The notes: generated by a model not told the origin, from the sequence alone. Shown: positions 36,361-46,094, counted from the stretch's first letter. The stretch: 52,632 nucleotides of DNA from Bifidobacterium breve (GCA_945877545.1 CAMCSO010000003.1:1-52632); one strand, 5' to 3'. A program made the numbers and translations.

Positions 36361-37125
36361 CTACTGACCTCGCAGCACTGTCGCCTCGATGACCATCCAG
36401 CTTGCAAGCAGCACGAGGAGACCTGCGAATGCACGTTCAAGAAGTCGTTGCGAAATAGTGAGATTCGCCCGAGAAGCTACCACCGACCCGACGAGACCCC
36501 CCACGATGACGATGAGCGGCACCTGCCATTCGATGTCGTGCCAGGTGTCAGCCCTAAACATGAGGGCGGTCAGGCTGTTCAGCGCGACGATAACGAGCGA
36601 TGTGCCTGCTGCCACACCGAATGGAAATCCGAAAACAAGGACGAGGGCTGGCACGATGAGGAATCCACCGCCAACGCCAAAGACACCCGTCAGCAGCCCG
36701 ATCACGCTGGCAACAAACAGAATTAGCCACCAGCTCGAGGACTTAATGCCCTCCGGTTCAGGTCGAGATCCCTTGCGCCACATAGCGATTGCCGCGCCAA
36801 CCAGCACGAGGGAAAACCCCGCAATCAGAGCAGCCTCGGGGATGACAGGCGCAATTCGCGTGCCTGCGAATGTGCCTGCCAGACCCAGGACCCAGAACAG
36901 CACTGCCGGCCGCGTGCGCACCTGGCCGAGTTGGAACCGCGGAACAGCCCCGAATGCGGCCGATGCGGCTACGACTGCCAAGGAGGCGGTCGTCGCCTGA
37001 AGGGCAGTGAAATTGAAGAGAAAGAGAAACGCCGGTACCGCCAGCACTGCACCACCTGCGCCGACGAGGCCGAGGATCGCCCCGACCCCGAGGCCGACGA
37101 TGAGTGCTTCGATGACGATCAGGAT
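36361..37125 (-). CDS. TauE/SafE (TSUP) sulfite exporter
   Basis: Two GxGG repeats (GLVGAGGAVLAVP, GVFGVGGGFLIVP), ASL/TSL motifs; no canonical start upstream of first motif, ATC 37125 or CTG 37122 follow an SD. Confidence 0.85.
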   Translation of the reverse strand: MLIVIEALIVGLGVGAILGLVGAGGAVLAVPAFLFLFNFTALQATTASLAVVAASAAFGAVPRFQLGQVRTRPAVLFWVLGLAGTFAGTRIAPVIPEAALIAGFSLVLVGAAIAMWRKGSRPEPEGIKSSSWWLILFVASVIGLLTGVFGVGGGFLIVPALVLVFGFPFGVAAGTSLVIVALNSLTALMFRADTWHDIEWQVPLIVIVGGLVGSVVASRANLTISQRLLERAFAGLLVLLASWMVIEATVLRGQ

Positions 37126-37175
37126 GGTGATCCCTTCTCTGAGTCCAAGACCGATGGTTGGGTACCGGTCGAGCC

Positions 37176-38603
37176 TCAGTCCGTGTAGACAGCACCAAGT
37201 CGATGCCCGACAGGTGGTCGCACGATCATGAGGCCAGAGGTCTCGGCATTGGAGAAGTCGTCGTCCACGTGCACGACCGGAATGTCGAGTCCATCGAGCA
37301 GCGACGCCCCGACCGACGCCCGGAATCCGCTTCCGCAGTAGGCCCAGACCGGACCATGCTTGGAGGTGTCATCGGCCCATCTCCTCACCTCATCAATGCG
37401 GCCGCGAAGTTCATGGAGGGGAACATGCTTAGCTCCCAACACGTAGCCATTGTCGAACTCGGTGTTACGTCGCAGGTCAAGGACGGGCAGGTTCGGGTCG
37501 TCCGCAAGAGCCTGTGCGAGATCAACATGGGTTACCCGCCGATACCACGATCGGGGCGCGGACGAACTCGCCCAGTCTGCGGATGTCCCAACGGCATAGC
37601 CCACCGGTCGGTCGATGCCGATGCGGACGAGTTCGCGCTGCATCGTCTGCACCTCGACCGCGTCGGCGCCTAGCAATGTGATGGGCGTGCCCCAGTCGAT
37701 CATCCAGCCGAGGTAGGTCACGGCATTGCCGTGGACGTCGAAGGACAGCGCGCCCAACACGTGGTCGGCGGCGAACGCCTGTCGGTGGCGCAGGTCGACG
37801 ACCCATTCGCCGGCGGCGATGCGGCGGGCGATGTCGTCGGCTGTTGCGACCATCGGCAGTGAGAGGTCGATCGGCCCGGCGCCCCGCTGATTCGCTGGAC
37901 CCATGTGGGCGTAGTAGGCCGGGTATGCGTCGAGGCCGGCGATGAGCTCCTCGACGAACGTGTCCTCGTCCACGGAGAATGCCGGGTTGCTCGCAACCTG
38001 CTCGGCGACGGTCGATTCGTTGCCGACCGTGGCCGTAGCGCTGCAGAAGGAACCGAAGCCATGCGTCGGGTACACCTGCGCCGAGGGCGTGATCTCGGCA
38101 CCGATCCGCCTCATCGAGCGCCACTGCGAGCGCGCAAGTGGCTCGGTCAGCTCCGGCCCGAGCAGGTCGGGCCGGCCGACACTGCCGAAGAGTAGCGAGC
38201 CGCCGGTGAAGAGCGCGACATCTGCCCCGCCTACGTTGAGGGCGAACGAGATGTGGTTCGGGGTGTGTCCGGGCGTGTGGATGACGCGGAGCCGTCCGAT
38301 GTCGGATGCGAACTCCGCGGCGTCGCCCACCTGGCGGGCGGCGAAGTCGATCTCCATGCCTTCTGGCACGACGTACTCGGCCTTGGTTCGGCGGGCGAGC
38401 TCGAGGCCCCCGCTCACGTAGTCATTGTGGAAGTGGGTCTCGAGGACGTGAGATGCACTCCACCCGCGCTGGTCCAAGATCTCCTCGACGCGGTCTATGT
38501 CGCGCTGCGGATCGATGACGATCGCGGACGATTTGCTGCCCACGACGTAACTGCGGTCGCCCAAGTTCGGGGTGTCGATAGCGATGACCTCGAGACCGGT
38601 CAC
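37176..38603 (-). CDS. Persulfide dioxygenase (MBL fold)-rhodanese fusion, CstB-like
   Basis: ETHFHNDY, TPGHTPNH, GRPDL, PTHGFGSFC; Cys-less rhodanese then active CGSGFR rhodanese. Confidence 0.88.
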   Translation of the reverse strand: MTGLEVIAIDTPNLGDRSYVVGSKSSAIVIDPQRDIDRVEEILDQRGWSASHVLETHFHNDYVSGGLELARRTKAEYVVPEGMEIDFAARQVGDAAEFASDIGRLRVIHTPGHTPNHISFALNVGGADVALFTGGSLLFGSVGRPDLLGPELTEPLARSQWRSMRRIGAEITPSAQVYPTHGFGSFCSATATVGNESTVAEQVASNPAFSVDEDTFVEELIAGLDAYPAYYAHMGPANQRGAGPIDLSLPMVATADDIARRIAAGEWVVDLRHRQAFAADHVLGALSFDVHGNAVTYLGWMIDWGTPITLLGADAVEVQTMQRELVRIGIDRPVGYAVGTSADWASSSAPRSWYRRVTHVDLAQALADDPNLPVLDLRRNTEFDNGYVLGAKHVPLHELRGRIDEVRRWADDTSKHGPVWAYCGSGFRASVGASLLDGLDIPVVHVDDDFSNAETSGLMIVRPPVGHRLGAVYTD

Positions 38604-38995
38604 TGGCTCACCACCGATGCGCCTGAAGCAGCGAGGTCATCGAGTCCGCCGCTGAGGTTGACCAGGCTCGTGAATCCTGCGGTGGCCATCGCATCGGTGG
38701 CGACCGCAGAGCGTCGCCCGCTTCGGCAGTAGACGACGTAGGTGGCCGACTTGTCGAGCGATTCGATCTGGGAGGCGAAGGCCGGGTCCTCGACGTTGAT
38801 GTTCACCGCATTTGGCAGGTGCCCCGCTGCGAACTCATCGGGCGTGCGGACGTCGACGACGACGACTCCCTGCTGGGCGGTTGTCGAGAGGAACGCCTGC
38901 GGATCAACGGTCTGCACGGCACTCGTGCCCGACGCGCACCCGGTGATGGCCAGCGCTGCGAGGATGCCCACTACGGCAATGATTCGTTTCATCAT
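38600..38995 (-). CDS. Rhodanese-domain lipoprotein
   Basis: Lipobox ITGC; DVRTPDEFAAGHLPNA; YCRSGRRS. Confidence 0.9.
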   Translation of the reverse strand: MMKRIIAVVGILAALAITGCASGTSAVQTVDPQAFLSTTAQQGVVVVDVRTPDEFAAGHLPNAVNINVEDPAFASQIESLDKSATYVVYCRSGRRSAVATDAMATAGFTSLVNLSGGLDDLAASGASVVSQ

Positions 38996-39017
38996 GCTCC
39001 TTCTCGGTTTTCGTGTA

Positions 39018-39389
39018 CTAGATGATCATTCCGGGGTCGCCGTTGTCGCCGACGACGGTTCTGCCTGCCTGCTGCCACGCACCCATGCCGCCATCGACAC
39101 TGACGGCGCTGAATCCAGCCTTGTGCAGTTGTGCCGCCCCCATGAGGGAGCGATTGCCCGACCGGCAGATGACGAGGACGGGCCTGGCCGGATCGAGTTG
39201 CCCATGGTCCGAGGGCACCCGGGCCATCGGCATGTGCACCGCGACGGGGTCGTGGCCCGCGCTCCACTCGACGAGCTCACGAACATCGAGGAGCACCGCG
39301 CCTGCCTCGAGCATCGGGAGTGCCTCGTCGACGCTGACGTTGAGGTTGAGGTTGAGGTTGAGGTTGCCACCGCTGGCGGTCAGGCCCAC
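39018..39389 (-). CDS. Single-domain rhodanese
   Basis: LDVRE..EW.AGH, ICRSGNRS, GGMGAW; start uncertain (GTG 39389). Confidence 0.82.
   Translation of the reverse strand: MGLTASGGNLNLNLNLNVSVDEALPMLEAGAVLLDVRELVEWSAGHDPVAVHMPMARVPSDHGQLDPARPVLVICRSGNRSLMGAAQLHKAGFSAVSVDGGMGAWQQAGRTVVGDNGDPGMII
39339..39366. repeat. Hexamer microsatellite (GTTGAG)4.7
   Basis: Encodes NLNLNLNLN at rhodanese N-terminus. Confidence 0.9.
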
Positions 39390-39667
39390 GCCCTTGCCGC
39401 CTTTGCCTCGACGGCAACCGCGAACTTGCAGAAGGCTGCGTAGGCACGTGCCCCGCACATCGTTGCGGGGCCGGCCTTCATAAGGAAGGAAACACCGATG
39501 GCCATCGCGATGTGCTCCTTGGTTCTCGTCTCGCGCACCCCGGGAGCGAGCGCCGCCGAGCTCAGGTCGGCAAAGTCCCTGTAGACCTCAGGAATTGCCT
39601 GACGGTGCTCACGGTGCTGCAGATTCAGGTCATCGACCACCGATTGGTGATGCACGTAAGTGGTCAT
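39380..39667 (-). pseudogene. CMD/AhpD-like protein with internal in-frame deletion
   Basis: IPEVY.DF...A.A.G....TKE.IA.AIGV joined directly to SFLM.AGPAT..GARAY; CxxC...H core missing. Confidence 0.65.
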
Positions 39668-39673
39668 GACCGA

Positions 39674-39701
39674 ATATTATACCCCAGGGGGTATATGTCA
39701 A
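39674..39701 (-). promoter_or_regulatory. Promoter with CsoR/RicR/CstR-family operator
   Basis: TTGACA-N16-TAATAT, 6 nt before ATG 39667; TATACCCC-AG-GGGGTATA palindrome 39678-39695 in spacer. Confidence 0.85.
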
Positions 39702-39723
39702 CCCACGTCCCGTGCCTCGGGTG

Positions 39724-40935
39724 TCACCTCAGCCGGACGAAGGACCGATCGAGTTCGCCGACTGACGTAACCCCGAGGAGTTGCATCGTGGTCTTGATCT
39801 CCTTCTCGAGGATGCTCACGACCCGCCGTACCCCGTCCTCACCGCCGGCCATGAGCCCGTAGAGGTAGCCGCGGCCGATGAGTGCCCCGGTCGCCCCGAA
39901 GGCAAGTGCCGCGACGATGTCTGCACCGCACGTGATGCCGCCATCCACGTACACCTCGATCCGATCCCCCACCGCGTCGACGACGCTCGGGAGAATCTCG
40001 AGCGGCACATTGCCGCGGTCGATCTGCCGGCCACCGTGGTTCGACAGGATGACTGCATCGACCCCGAGATCGACCGCGATGACGGCATCCTCGACCGACT
40101 GCACTCCCTTGAGCACAAGCTTGCCGGACCAGATACTGCGAAGCCAAGCGATGTCGGCCCCGGTGATACTTGGGTCGAACACATTGGTGAGGAGGTCGCT
40201 CACCGTGCCACCCGTGGACGCCAGCGTCGCGAACTCGAGCGGCCTAGTCGTGAGCAGGTTGCCCCACCACCTCGGGTACATGGCCATACCAGCAAGAGTG
40301 CCGAGGGTGAGCTGCGGAGGAATCGTGAGTCCATTGCGCACATCACGCAACCGAATGCCACCGACCGCTGTGTCGACGGTGAGGATGAGAGTGTCATACC
40401 CCGCAAGCTCTGCGCGCTGGACAAGCGCCTCACTCGCCGCCCGGTCGCGCCATACGTAGAGCTGAAACCACCGCCGAGTATCGGGGAAAGCCTGGGCAAG
40501 GGCCTCGACTGAGGTCGTGCCAAGGGTTGAGAGTGCATACGGGATATCAGCCTCCCCGGCCACCTTCGCCACCGCGGGCTCTCCCACGTGGTGCATCATC
40601 CGCGTGAACCCCGTTGGCCCAAGCGCGAATGGCAGCGCCGAGCGCTTTCCGAGCATCTCGACCGAGAGGTCCACGGACGAGACGTCACGCAGCACTCGCG
40701 GTGTGAATTCGATGCGCGAATACGCCTCGACCGAACGACGAAGGGTCACCTCCGATCCAGCAGCACCATCGGTGTAGTCAAAGACTGGCCTCGGCACCCG
40801 GCGCTTCGCAAGATCGCGGAGATCCCCGATGCTCGCGCACCGCTCAAGGCGCGTCTGGAGTCGCGTCAGTGAGCGATCCCGTCGGCCGATGAGCGGCAGA
40901 ATCTCGCTCGGCCTCGGCAGTCGTCGATCGACCAT
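39724..40935 (-). CDS. lldD: FMN-dependent L-lactate dehydrogenase (alpha-hydroxy-acid oxidase family)
   Basis: FDYTDGAA, WFQLY, TVD, KGV, SNHGGRQID, DGG; ATG 40935 with GAGGAGGA SD. Confidence 0.85.
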   Translation of the reverse strand: MVDRRLPRPSEILPLIGRRDRSLTRLQTRLERCASIGDLRDLAKRRVPRPVFDYTDGAAGSEVTLRRSVEAYSRIEFTPRVLRDVSSVDLSVEMLGKRSALPFALGPTGFTRMMHHVGEPAVAKVAGEADIPYALSTLGTTSVEALAQAFPDTRRWFQLYVWRDRAASEALVQRAELAGYDTLILTVDTAVGGIRLRDVRNGLTIPPQLTLGTLAGMAMYPRWWGNLLTTRPLEFATLASTGGTVSDLLTNVFDPSITGADIAWLRSIWSGKLVLKGVQSVEDAVIAVDLGVDAVILSNHGGRQIDRGNVPLEILPSVVDAVGDRIEVYVDGGITCGADIVAALAFGATGALIGRGYLYGLMAGGEDGVRRVVSILEKEIKTTMQLLGVTSVGELDRSFVRLR

Positions 40936-40957
40936 GGTGCGTCCTCCTCGTGGATAT

Positions 40958-42379
40958 CTATCGGGCAATGCGATGGGCGAAGTCGAGCCACTGCTGCCGT
41001 GAGCCTGCCGGATAGTACTCCCGGATCTCGGGCATCGCCGCGATGAGCGACCGGGCCTCACGAAGTGAGACGACAGCGCCGGTCGAAATCCATTGGACAA
41101 CCGCGTTGCCGAGCGCAGTCGCCTCCACCGGACCCGCGACCACCCGCTTGCCGGTCGCGTCAGCAAGCCACTGCATGAGGATCTCAATCCGGCTGGCTCC
41201 CCCGACCACGTGAATGACGCTTCGCGGCTCGGTGCTGAGCCCATCAAGTTCCTCAGCACGCTGGGCGAGCCTGACGACGAGCGATTCCAGAATCGTCCGG
41301 ATCACCGCTCCCCTCGACCCGTCCCACTCCCCCGCGAGGACGTGTCCGATCGTCTCGGATGACTGGCCTGGCGCCGCTAAGGATGGGTCATCAATGTCAA
41401 ATCCGGCCACGAATGGTGCGCACTCCATAGCCGCCAAGAGCAACGACTGGACAGAGGGATCAACGCCGTCGGCAGCGGCCCAAGCGCGCCTGCATTCATC
41501 GACAAGCCACATACCCGACACGTTACGAAGGACTCGAATGGTGCCATCGATCCCGAGTTCGTGCGTGACGTTCAAGGCCATCGACTCCGTGCTGGGTACC
41601 GCCGTCTGCGACTCAAAGCCGATGAGCGCCCAGGTGCCGAGCGACAGTATGAGCGCGCGCTCGCGATCGTCAACGGGCGTTCCGGCGAAGGCACTTGCCG
41701 TGTCATGGGTTGCAACGCCGACGAGTCGCAGTCCGCGCAACCGGTCATCGAGGCATGGGCCACGTACCAACCCGGGCTCGTCAAGCGGCAGGAAGGTGCC
41801 TGCCGGAAGTGCCAGCGCGGAAAGGATTTCCGGCGACCAAGCGCGCGTCCGAGGGTCGACGAGGGCGGTGGTCGATGCATTCGTGACGTCGCATGCCCGC
41901 ACTCCGGTCAGCCAAAACGTCAGCAGATCCGGCACGAGGAGGAGCGAGGTACCGTCGCGGAGTCGGTCATCCACGGCAAGCTGGTAGGCGGTATTGAACG
42001 GCAGATGCTGTGTGCCGGTGACCGAATAGTGCCGTTCCCACGGAAGCACCGATCGAGCCCGATCGACCCCGAGGGCGTGACCGCCGTCGCGATAGGCGAC
42101 CACCGGGCCGATGAGTCGGCCCACCACGTCGATGATGCCGTAGTCGATCGCCCATGTGTCGATTCCGCACGATGTTGCCCCCAAGGCCACCGCCTCGGCA
42201 AGGCCGTCGACCACTGATCGATGAAGGGACTCAACGTCCCACGTCCAACGACCTTCAACATGAATCGGGCCATTCGGGAAGCGCGAAACCTCGGTGAGCG
42301 ACGGAACGCCTTCGACAAGATCACACAGGACGACTCGTCCGCTTCCCGCTCCGATATCGACGGCCGCGACCCGGCGCAT
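40958..42379 (-). CDS. rhaB: Rhamnulokinase
   Basis: AVDIGAGSGR, DTWAIDYG, YRD, HDTASA, GTW, GPVEATALGN; start ATG 42379. Confidence 0.9.
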   Translation of the reverse strand: MRRVAAVDIGAGSGRVVLCDLVEGVPSLTEVSRFPNGPIHVEGRWTWDVESLHRSVVDGLAEAVALGATSCGIDTWAIDYGIIDVVGRLIGPVVAYRDGGHALGVDRARSVLPWERHYSVTGTQHLPFNTAYQLAVDDRLRDGTSLLLVPDLLTFWLTGVRACDVTNASTTALVDPRTRAWSPEILSALALPAGTFLPLDEPGLVRGPCLDDRLRGLRLVGVATHDTASAFAGTPVDDRERALILSLGTWALIGFESQTAVPSTESMALNVTHELGIDGTIRVLRNVSGMWLVDECRRAWAAADGVDPSVQSLLLAAMECAPFVAGFDIDDPSLAAPGQSSETIGHVLAGEWDGSRGAVIRTILESLVVRLAQRAEELDGLSTEPRSVIHVVGGASRIEILMQWLADATGKRVVAGPVEATALGNAVVQWISTGAVVSLREARSLIAAMPEIREYYPAGSRQQWLDFAHRIAR

Positions 42380-42384
42380 GACTG

Positions 42385-44424
42385 CTACCGCACGAATGCG
42401 GCAGCGACTCCCGAATCGACCGGGATGATCATGCCCGTCGTGCGCGAGAACTCGTCCGACACAATCGCTGCCACCGCGAGCGCGATGTGCTCCGGAAGCA
42501 CCTCTCGCTTGAGGATGGTCCGCTGCGCATAGAACGCTCCGAGGTCCTTCTCCTCGACCCCGTAGACGGCGGCGCGGTTGGCGCCCCACCCACCTGCGAA
42601 GATCCCGGAGCCCTGGACCACGCCGTCGGGGTTGATGCCGTTCACCCGGATGCCGTGCTCGCCGAGTTCGACCGCAAGTAGTCGCACTTGGTGGGCCTGA
42701 TCGGCCTTGGCTGAGCTGTAGGCGATGTTTGACGGGCCAGCGAAGACTGCGTTCTTGCTCGCAATGTAGACGATGTCGCCACCCATCCGCTGCGCAATCA
42801 TCACCCGCGCGGACTCGCGGCTCACGAGGAAGGACCCGCGCGCCATGACATCGTGCTGGAGGTCCCAGTCGTCGACGGTGGTCGAAAGGAGATCCCTGCT
42901 CAGCGAGAGCCCGGCGTTGTTCACGATGAGGTCCACCCCGCCGAAGGCGAGGCAGGCCTCGGCGATCATGGCCTTGATGGCCTCCTCGCTCGTCACATCG
43001 GCCTCGACCGCGATGGCGAAATCAGGCCCGCCCATGGCGAGTGCAATCTCTTGCGCCGCAATGAGATTCCGGTCGGCGATCACGACGGCCGCACCGTCGC
43101 GCACAAGTGCCTCGACGGTCGCCCGGCCGATGCCACTGCCTCCGCCAGTGACGAGTGCCACGCGCGATGCCAGTCGCTTCGGCTTCGGGAGCCGACGCAG
43201 CTTCGCCTCCTCGAGGTCCCAGTACTCGATGCGGAACTTCTCGATCTCTTCGATCGGCTGGTAGGTGGAAATTGCCTCAGCACCGCGCATGACGTTGATC
43301 GCGTTGACGTAAAACTCCCCCGCCACACGAGCTGTCTGCTTGTTGGGTCCGAAGGAGAACATGCCGATGCCGGGGACGAGGACGATCGCCGGATCGGCGC
43401 CCCGCATGGCCGGGCTTTCTGCGGTGGCGTAGCGCTCGTAGTAGGCGGCGTAGTCGAGTCGGTACTGCTCGTGCAACTCGCGCAGCCGCACGACCACCTC
43501 ATCGATCGACGCTGCCGGGGGCAGGTCGAGCACCATCGGGCGCACCTTGGTTCGCAGGAAATGGTCGGGGCATGACGTTCCCAGTGCCGCAAGTTCCGGA
43601 TGCCGCTCGCTCGACAGGAAGTCGAGGACAACATCGCTGTCGTTGAAGTGACCGACCATCGGCCGGTCAGCCGAGGCGAGCCCGCGGATGACGGGGGCCA
43701 GGGTTGCGGCCCGTGCACGGCGCTCGTCGATGGGCAGTCGCTCGTATCCGGTGAGCACCGCGCCGAAGGGGTCAGGCCTACCCCGGTTCGCGATGAACGC
43801 CTCGGCCGTACGGATGATCTCCAGCGAGTTCGCCTCGCACTCCTGCGAGGTTGCACCCCAAGCGGTTATGCCGTGGCCGCCCAGGATGCAGCCGATCGCT
43901 TCCGGATTCGACTCCTTCAGGGCCGCCATGTCGAGCCCGAGAGCAAAGCCCGGGCGACGCCATGGCACCCATGCCACTCGATCGCCGAAGCACTCTCGGG
44001 TCAGCGCCTCACCATCGGCAGAAGTGGCCAGTGCGATGCCCGAATCTGGATGGAGGTGGTCGACGTGCGGCGCATCGACGAGGGCGTGCATCGCGGTGTC
44101 GATGGAAGGGGCCGCGCCCCCGGTGCCGTGCAGGCAGTACATGAAGGCGTCGACCATCTCGTCCTCGCGCTCGACGCCAGGGAACACATCGATGAGTGCC
44201 CTCACCCGGTCGAGTCGCAGGACCGCAAGGCCCGTCTCGGTTAACGTCCCGAGATCCCCGCCCGAGCCCTTGACCCAGATGACCTCGACCGGCGTCTGGG
44301 TCACCGGATCGACAGCCTCACCCTTCGCGGAGGTGTTTCCGCCGGCGAAGTTCGTGTTGCGGGCGTCTGAGCCGAGCCGGTTGGATCGGGCGATCAGGTC
44401 GGATACCGCTGGAACGCTGGGCAT
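42385..44424 (-). CDS. rhaD: Bifunctional rhamnulose-1-phosphate aldolase / short-chain dehydrogenase (RhaEW-type)
   Basis: GGNTSAK, VKGSGGDL, HLHPD, GTSCPDHFLRTK; SDR TGGGSGIG, NNAG, YSSAK. Confidence 0.92.
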   Translation of the reverse strand: MPSVPAVSDLIARSNRLGSDARNTNFAGGNTSAKGEAVDPVTQTPVEVIWVKGSGGDLGTLTETGLAVLRLDRVRALIDVFPGVEREDEMVDAFMYCLHGTGGAAPSIDTAMHALVDAPHVDHLHPDSGIALATSADGEALTRECFGDRVAWVPWRRPGFALGLDMAALKESNPEAIGCILGGHGITAWGATSQECEANSLEIIRTAEAFIANRGRPDPFGAVLTGYERLPIDERRARAATLAPVIRGLASADRPMVGHFNDSDVVLDFLSSERHPELAALGTSCPDHFLRTKVRPMVLDLPPAASIDEVVVRLRELHEQYRLDYAAYYERYATAESPAMRGADPAIVLVPGIGMFSFGPNKQTARVAGEFYVNAINVMRGAEAISTYQPIEEIEKFRIEYWDLEEAKLRRLPKPKRLASRVALVTGGGSGIGRATVEALVRDGAAVVIADRNLIAAQEIALAMGGPDFAIAVEADVTSEEAIKAMIAEACLAFGGVDLIVNNAGLSLSRDLLSTTVDDWDLQHDVMARGSFLVSRESARVMIAQRMGGDIVYIASKNAVFAGPSNIAYSSAKADQAHQVRLLAVELGEHGIRVNGINPDGVVQGSGIFAGGWGANRAAVYGVEEKDLGAFYAQRTILKREVLPEHIALAVAAIVSDEFSRTTGMIIPVDSGVAAAFVR

Positions 44425-44490
44425 GTGAACGTGTCACCTTCTGTGAAGTCTGACGTTGTCAGACGTCGGAGTCCGACATAAGCAGGTGGG

Positions 44491-45681
44491 CTAGGCGCCC
44501 CAGCCCGCCTGCGACCCGCCTACGCGCTCGTCGCTGATCCGCTGAGCGTAACCGGAGGCCGCGTAGGCTTTCATCGGCTCAGGGTCTAGTCCAATCCCGG
44601 CACGCAATTCACGAACCATGTCACGGACATCTGTGTTGTAAGCGTCCATCAGGACACCATTCGCGCCGAGCACGTCGCCACTTAGTTGCGCTGCGGTCAG
44701 CGACGGCTGGTCGACGATGAGTGCCTTAGCGGTCGCCTCCTGCACGTTCATGATCGATCGGATCTGGCCCGGGATTTTCGGCTCGATGTTGTGGCACTGG
44801 TCGAGCATGAACGAGACCCCGGACCCCGCATGGACGACGCCGGCCTTCACCACCTCGTGCATGATCCGAAACAGTTGGAAGGGGTCGGCCGCGCCGGCCA
44901 TGAGGTCATCGTCCGCATAGAACCGCGAATTGAAGTCGAAAGCTCCCAGTTTCCCCTCCCGCAGGAGGAAGGCGACGATGAACTCGATGTTTGTGCCGGG
45001 CGCGTGGTGGCCGGTATCGACGCAGACGACCGCCTTCTCACCCAGTTTGAGGCAGTGCGCAAACGACACGCCCCAGTCGGGGACGTCCATCGTGTAGAAC
45101 GCCGGCTCGAAGAGTTTGTATTCGAGCAGCATTCGCTGATCGGACCCGAGCCTGGCGTACACCTCGGCCAATGCCTCATAGAGCCGGTCCTGGCGGAGTC
45201 GAATGTCATCCTGACCCGGGTAATTCGTGCCGTCGGAGAACCAGAGCTTGAGATCGCTCGATCCGGTCGCGTCCATGATGTCGACGCATTCGAGGAGGTG
45301 GTCAGTCGCCTTCCGGCGGATGCGCGGGTCGGGGTTCGTGACGCTGCCGAGCATGTAGTCGTCGTCCTGGAAGACGTTTGAGTTCACGGTCCCGACGCTC
45401 ACACCCTCGCCGCGTGCGAATTCAGCGAGGTGGCCGAAGTCATCGACCCTGTCCCACGGGATGTGAATGGCAACCGACGGGGCCGACCCGGTGAACCGGT
45501 GAACGATCGCGGCGTCGGCGATCTTCTCGTACGGGTCGCGCGGCACGCCCGCCTGCGCAAAGACCTTGAACCTGGTGCCGGAGTTCCCGTAAGCCCAGGA
45601 AGGGGTCTCGATCTGGAGCTGCCGGAGTGCATCCATGGCAGTTGTGGTGTCCACGCTTCTCACGTCCTCTTCATCGATCAC
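44491..45681 (-). CDS. rhaI: L-rhamnose isomerase (RhaI type)
   Basis: PSWAYGNSGTRF, HIPWD, EYKLFEP, DTGHH, ADDDL, DQCHN; alternative start GTG 45654. Confidence 0.93.
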   Translation of the reverse strand: MIDEEDVRSVDTTTAMDALRQLQIETPSWAYGNSGTRFKVFAQAGVPRDPYEKIADAAIVHRFTGSAPSVAIHIPWDRVDDFGHLAEFARGEGVSVGTVNSNVFQDDDYMLGSVTNPDPRIRRKATDHLLECVDIMDATGSSDLKLWFSDGTNYPGQDDIRLRQDRLYEALAEVYARLGSDQRMLLEYKLFEPAFYTMDVPDWGVSFAHCLKLGEKAVVCVDTGHHAPGTNIEFIVAFLLREGKLGAFDFNSRFYADDDLMAGAADPFQLFRIMHEVVKAGVVHAGSGVSFMLDQCHNIEPKIPGQIRSIMNVQEATAKALIVDQPSLTAAQLSGDVLGANGVLMDAYNTDVRDMVRELRAGIGLDPEPMKAYAASGYAQRISDERVGGSQAGWGA

Positions 45682-45689
45682 GATCGTGC

Positions 45690-46010
45690 TTATTCAAGGT
45701 GAAAGACCTCGGTTAGGGGAACGAAGGCCTCGTCAGGTCTCCTGCCGTCCAGCGCCTCGAAGAATGGTGCCATCTCAGCCTGCCATCGCGCATTGACCTC
45801 AGTGCTTGCCATGCCGTCCAGCGCAGCCTGCAGATCCTCGGTCTCGAAGTAGCCGATGAGCATCCCGTCGGGGCGGATAAACAGCGTGTAGTTCGTCCAG
45901 CCTGTCCCTCTCAGGGCCTCGAGCATGTCCGGCCACACGCGCTCATGTCGAGCTATGTAGTCGTCGAGTCGTTCCTCGCGAACCTTGAGCACGAACAAGA
46001 CCCTCTGCAT
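45690..46010 (-). CDS. rhaM: L-rhamnose mutarotase
   Basis: Y..RH..VWP, NYTLF, RWQ..M, EVFHL. Confidence 0.93.
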   Translation of the reverse strand: MQRVLFVLKVREERLDDYIARHERVWPDMLEALRGTGWTNYTLFIRPDGMLIGYFETEDLQAALDGMASTEVNARWQAEMAPFFEALDGRRPDEAFVPLTEVFHLE

Positions 46011-46030
46011 GTCGTCTTCCTGCCCCGAGT

Positions 46031-46064
46031 CGATGGTGGTGCGGCCACCGCCGCACCACCATCG
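46031..46064 (-). other. Intercistronic stem-loop after binding-protein gene
   Basis: Perfect 15-bp IR cgatggtggtgcggc-cacc-gccgcaccaccatcg, no U-tract. Confidence 0.7.
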
Positions 46065-46094
46065 CTTCGAACCCGCTCAGGCGAGCGATCGTTC

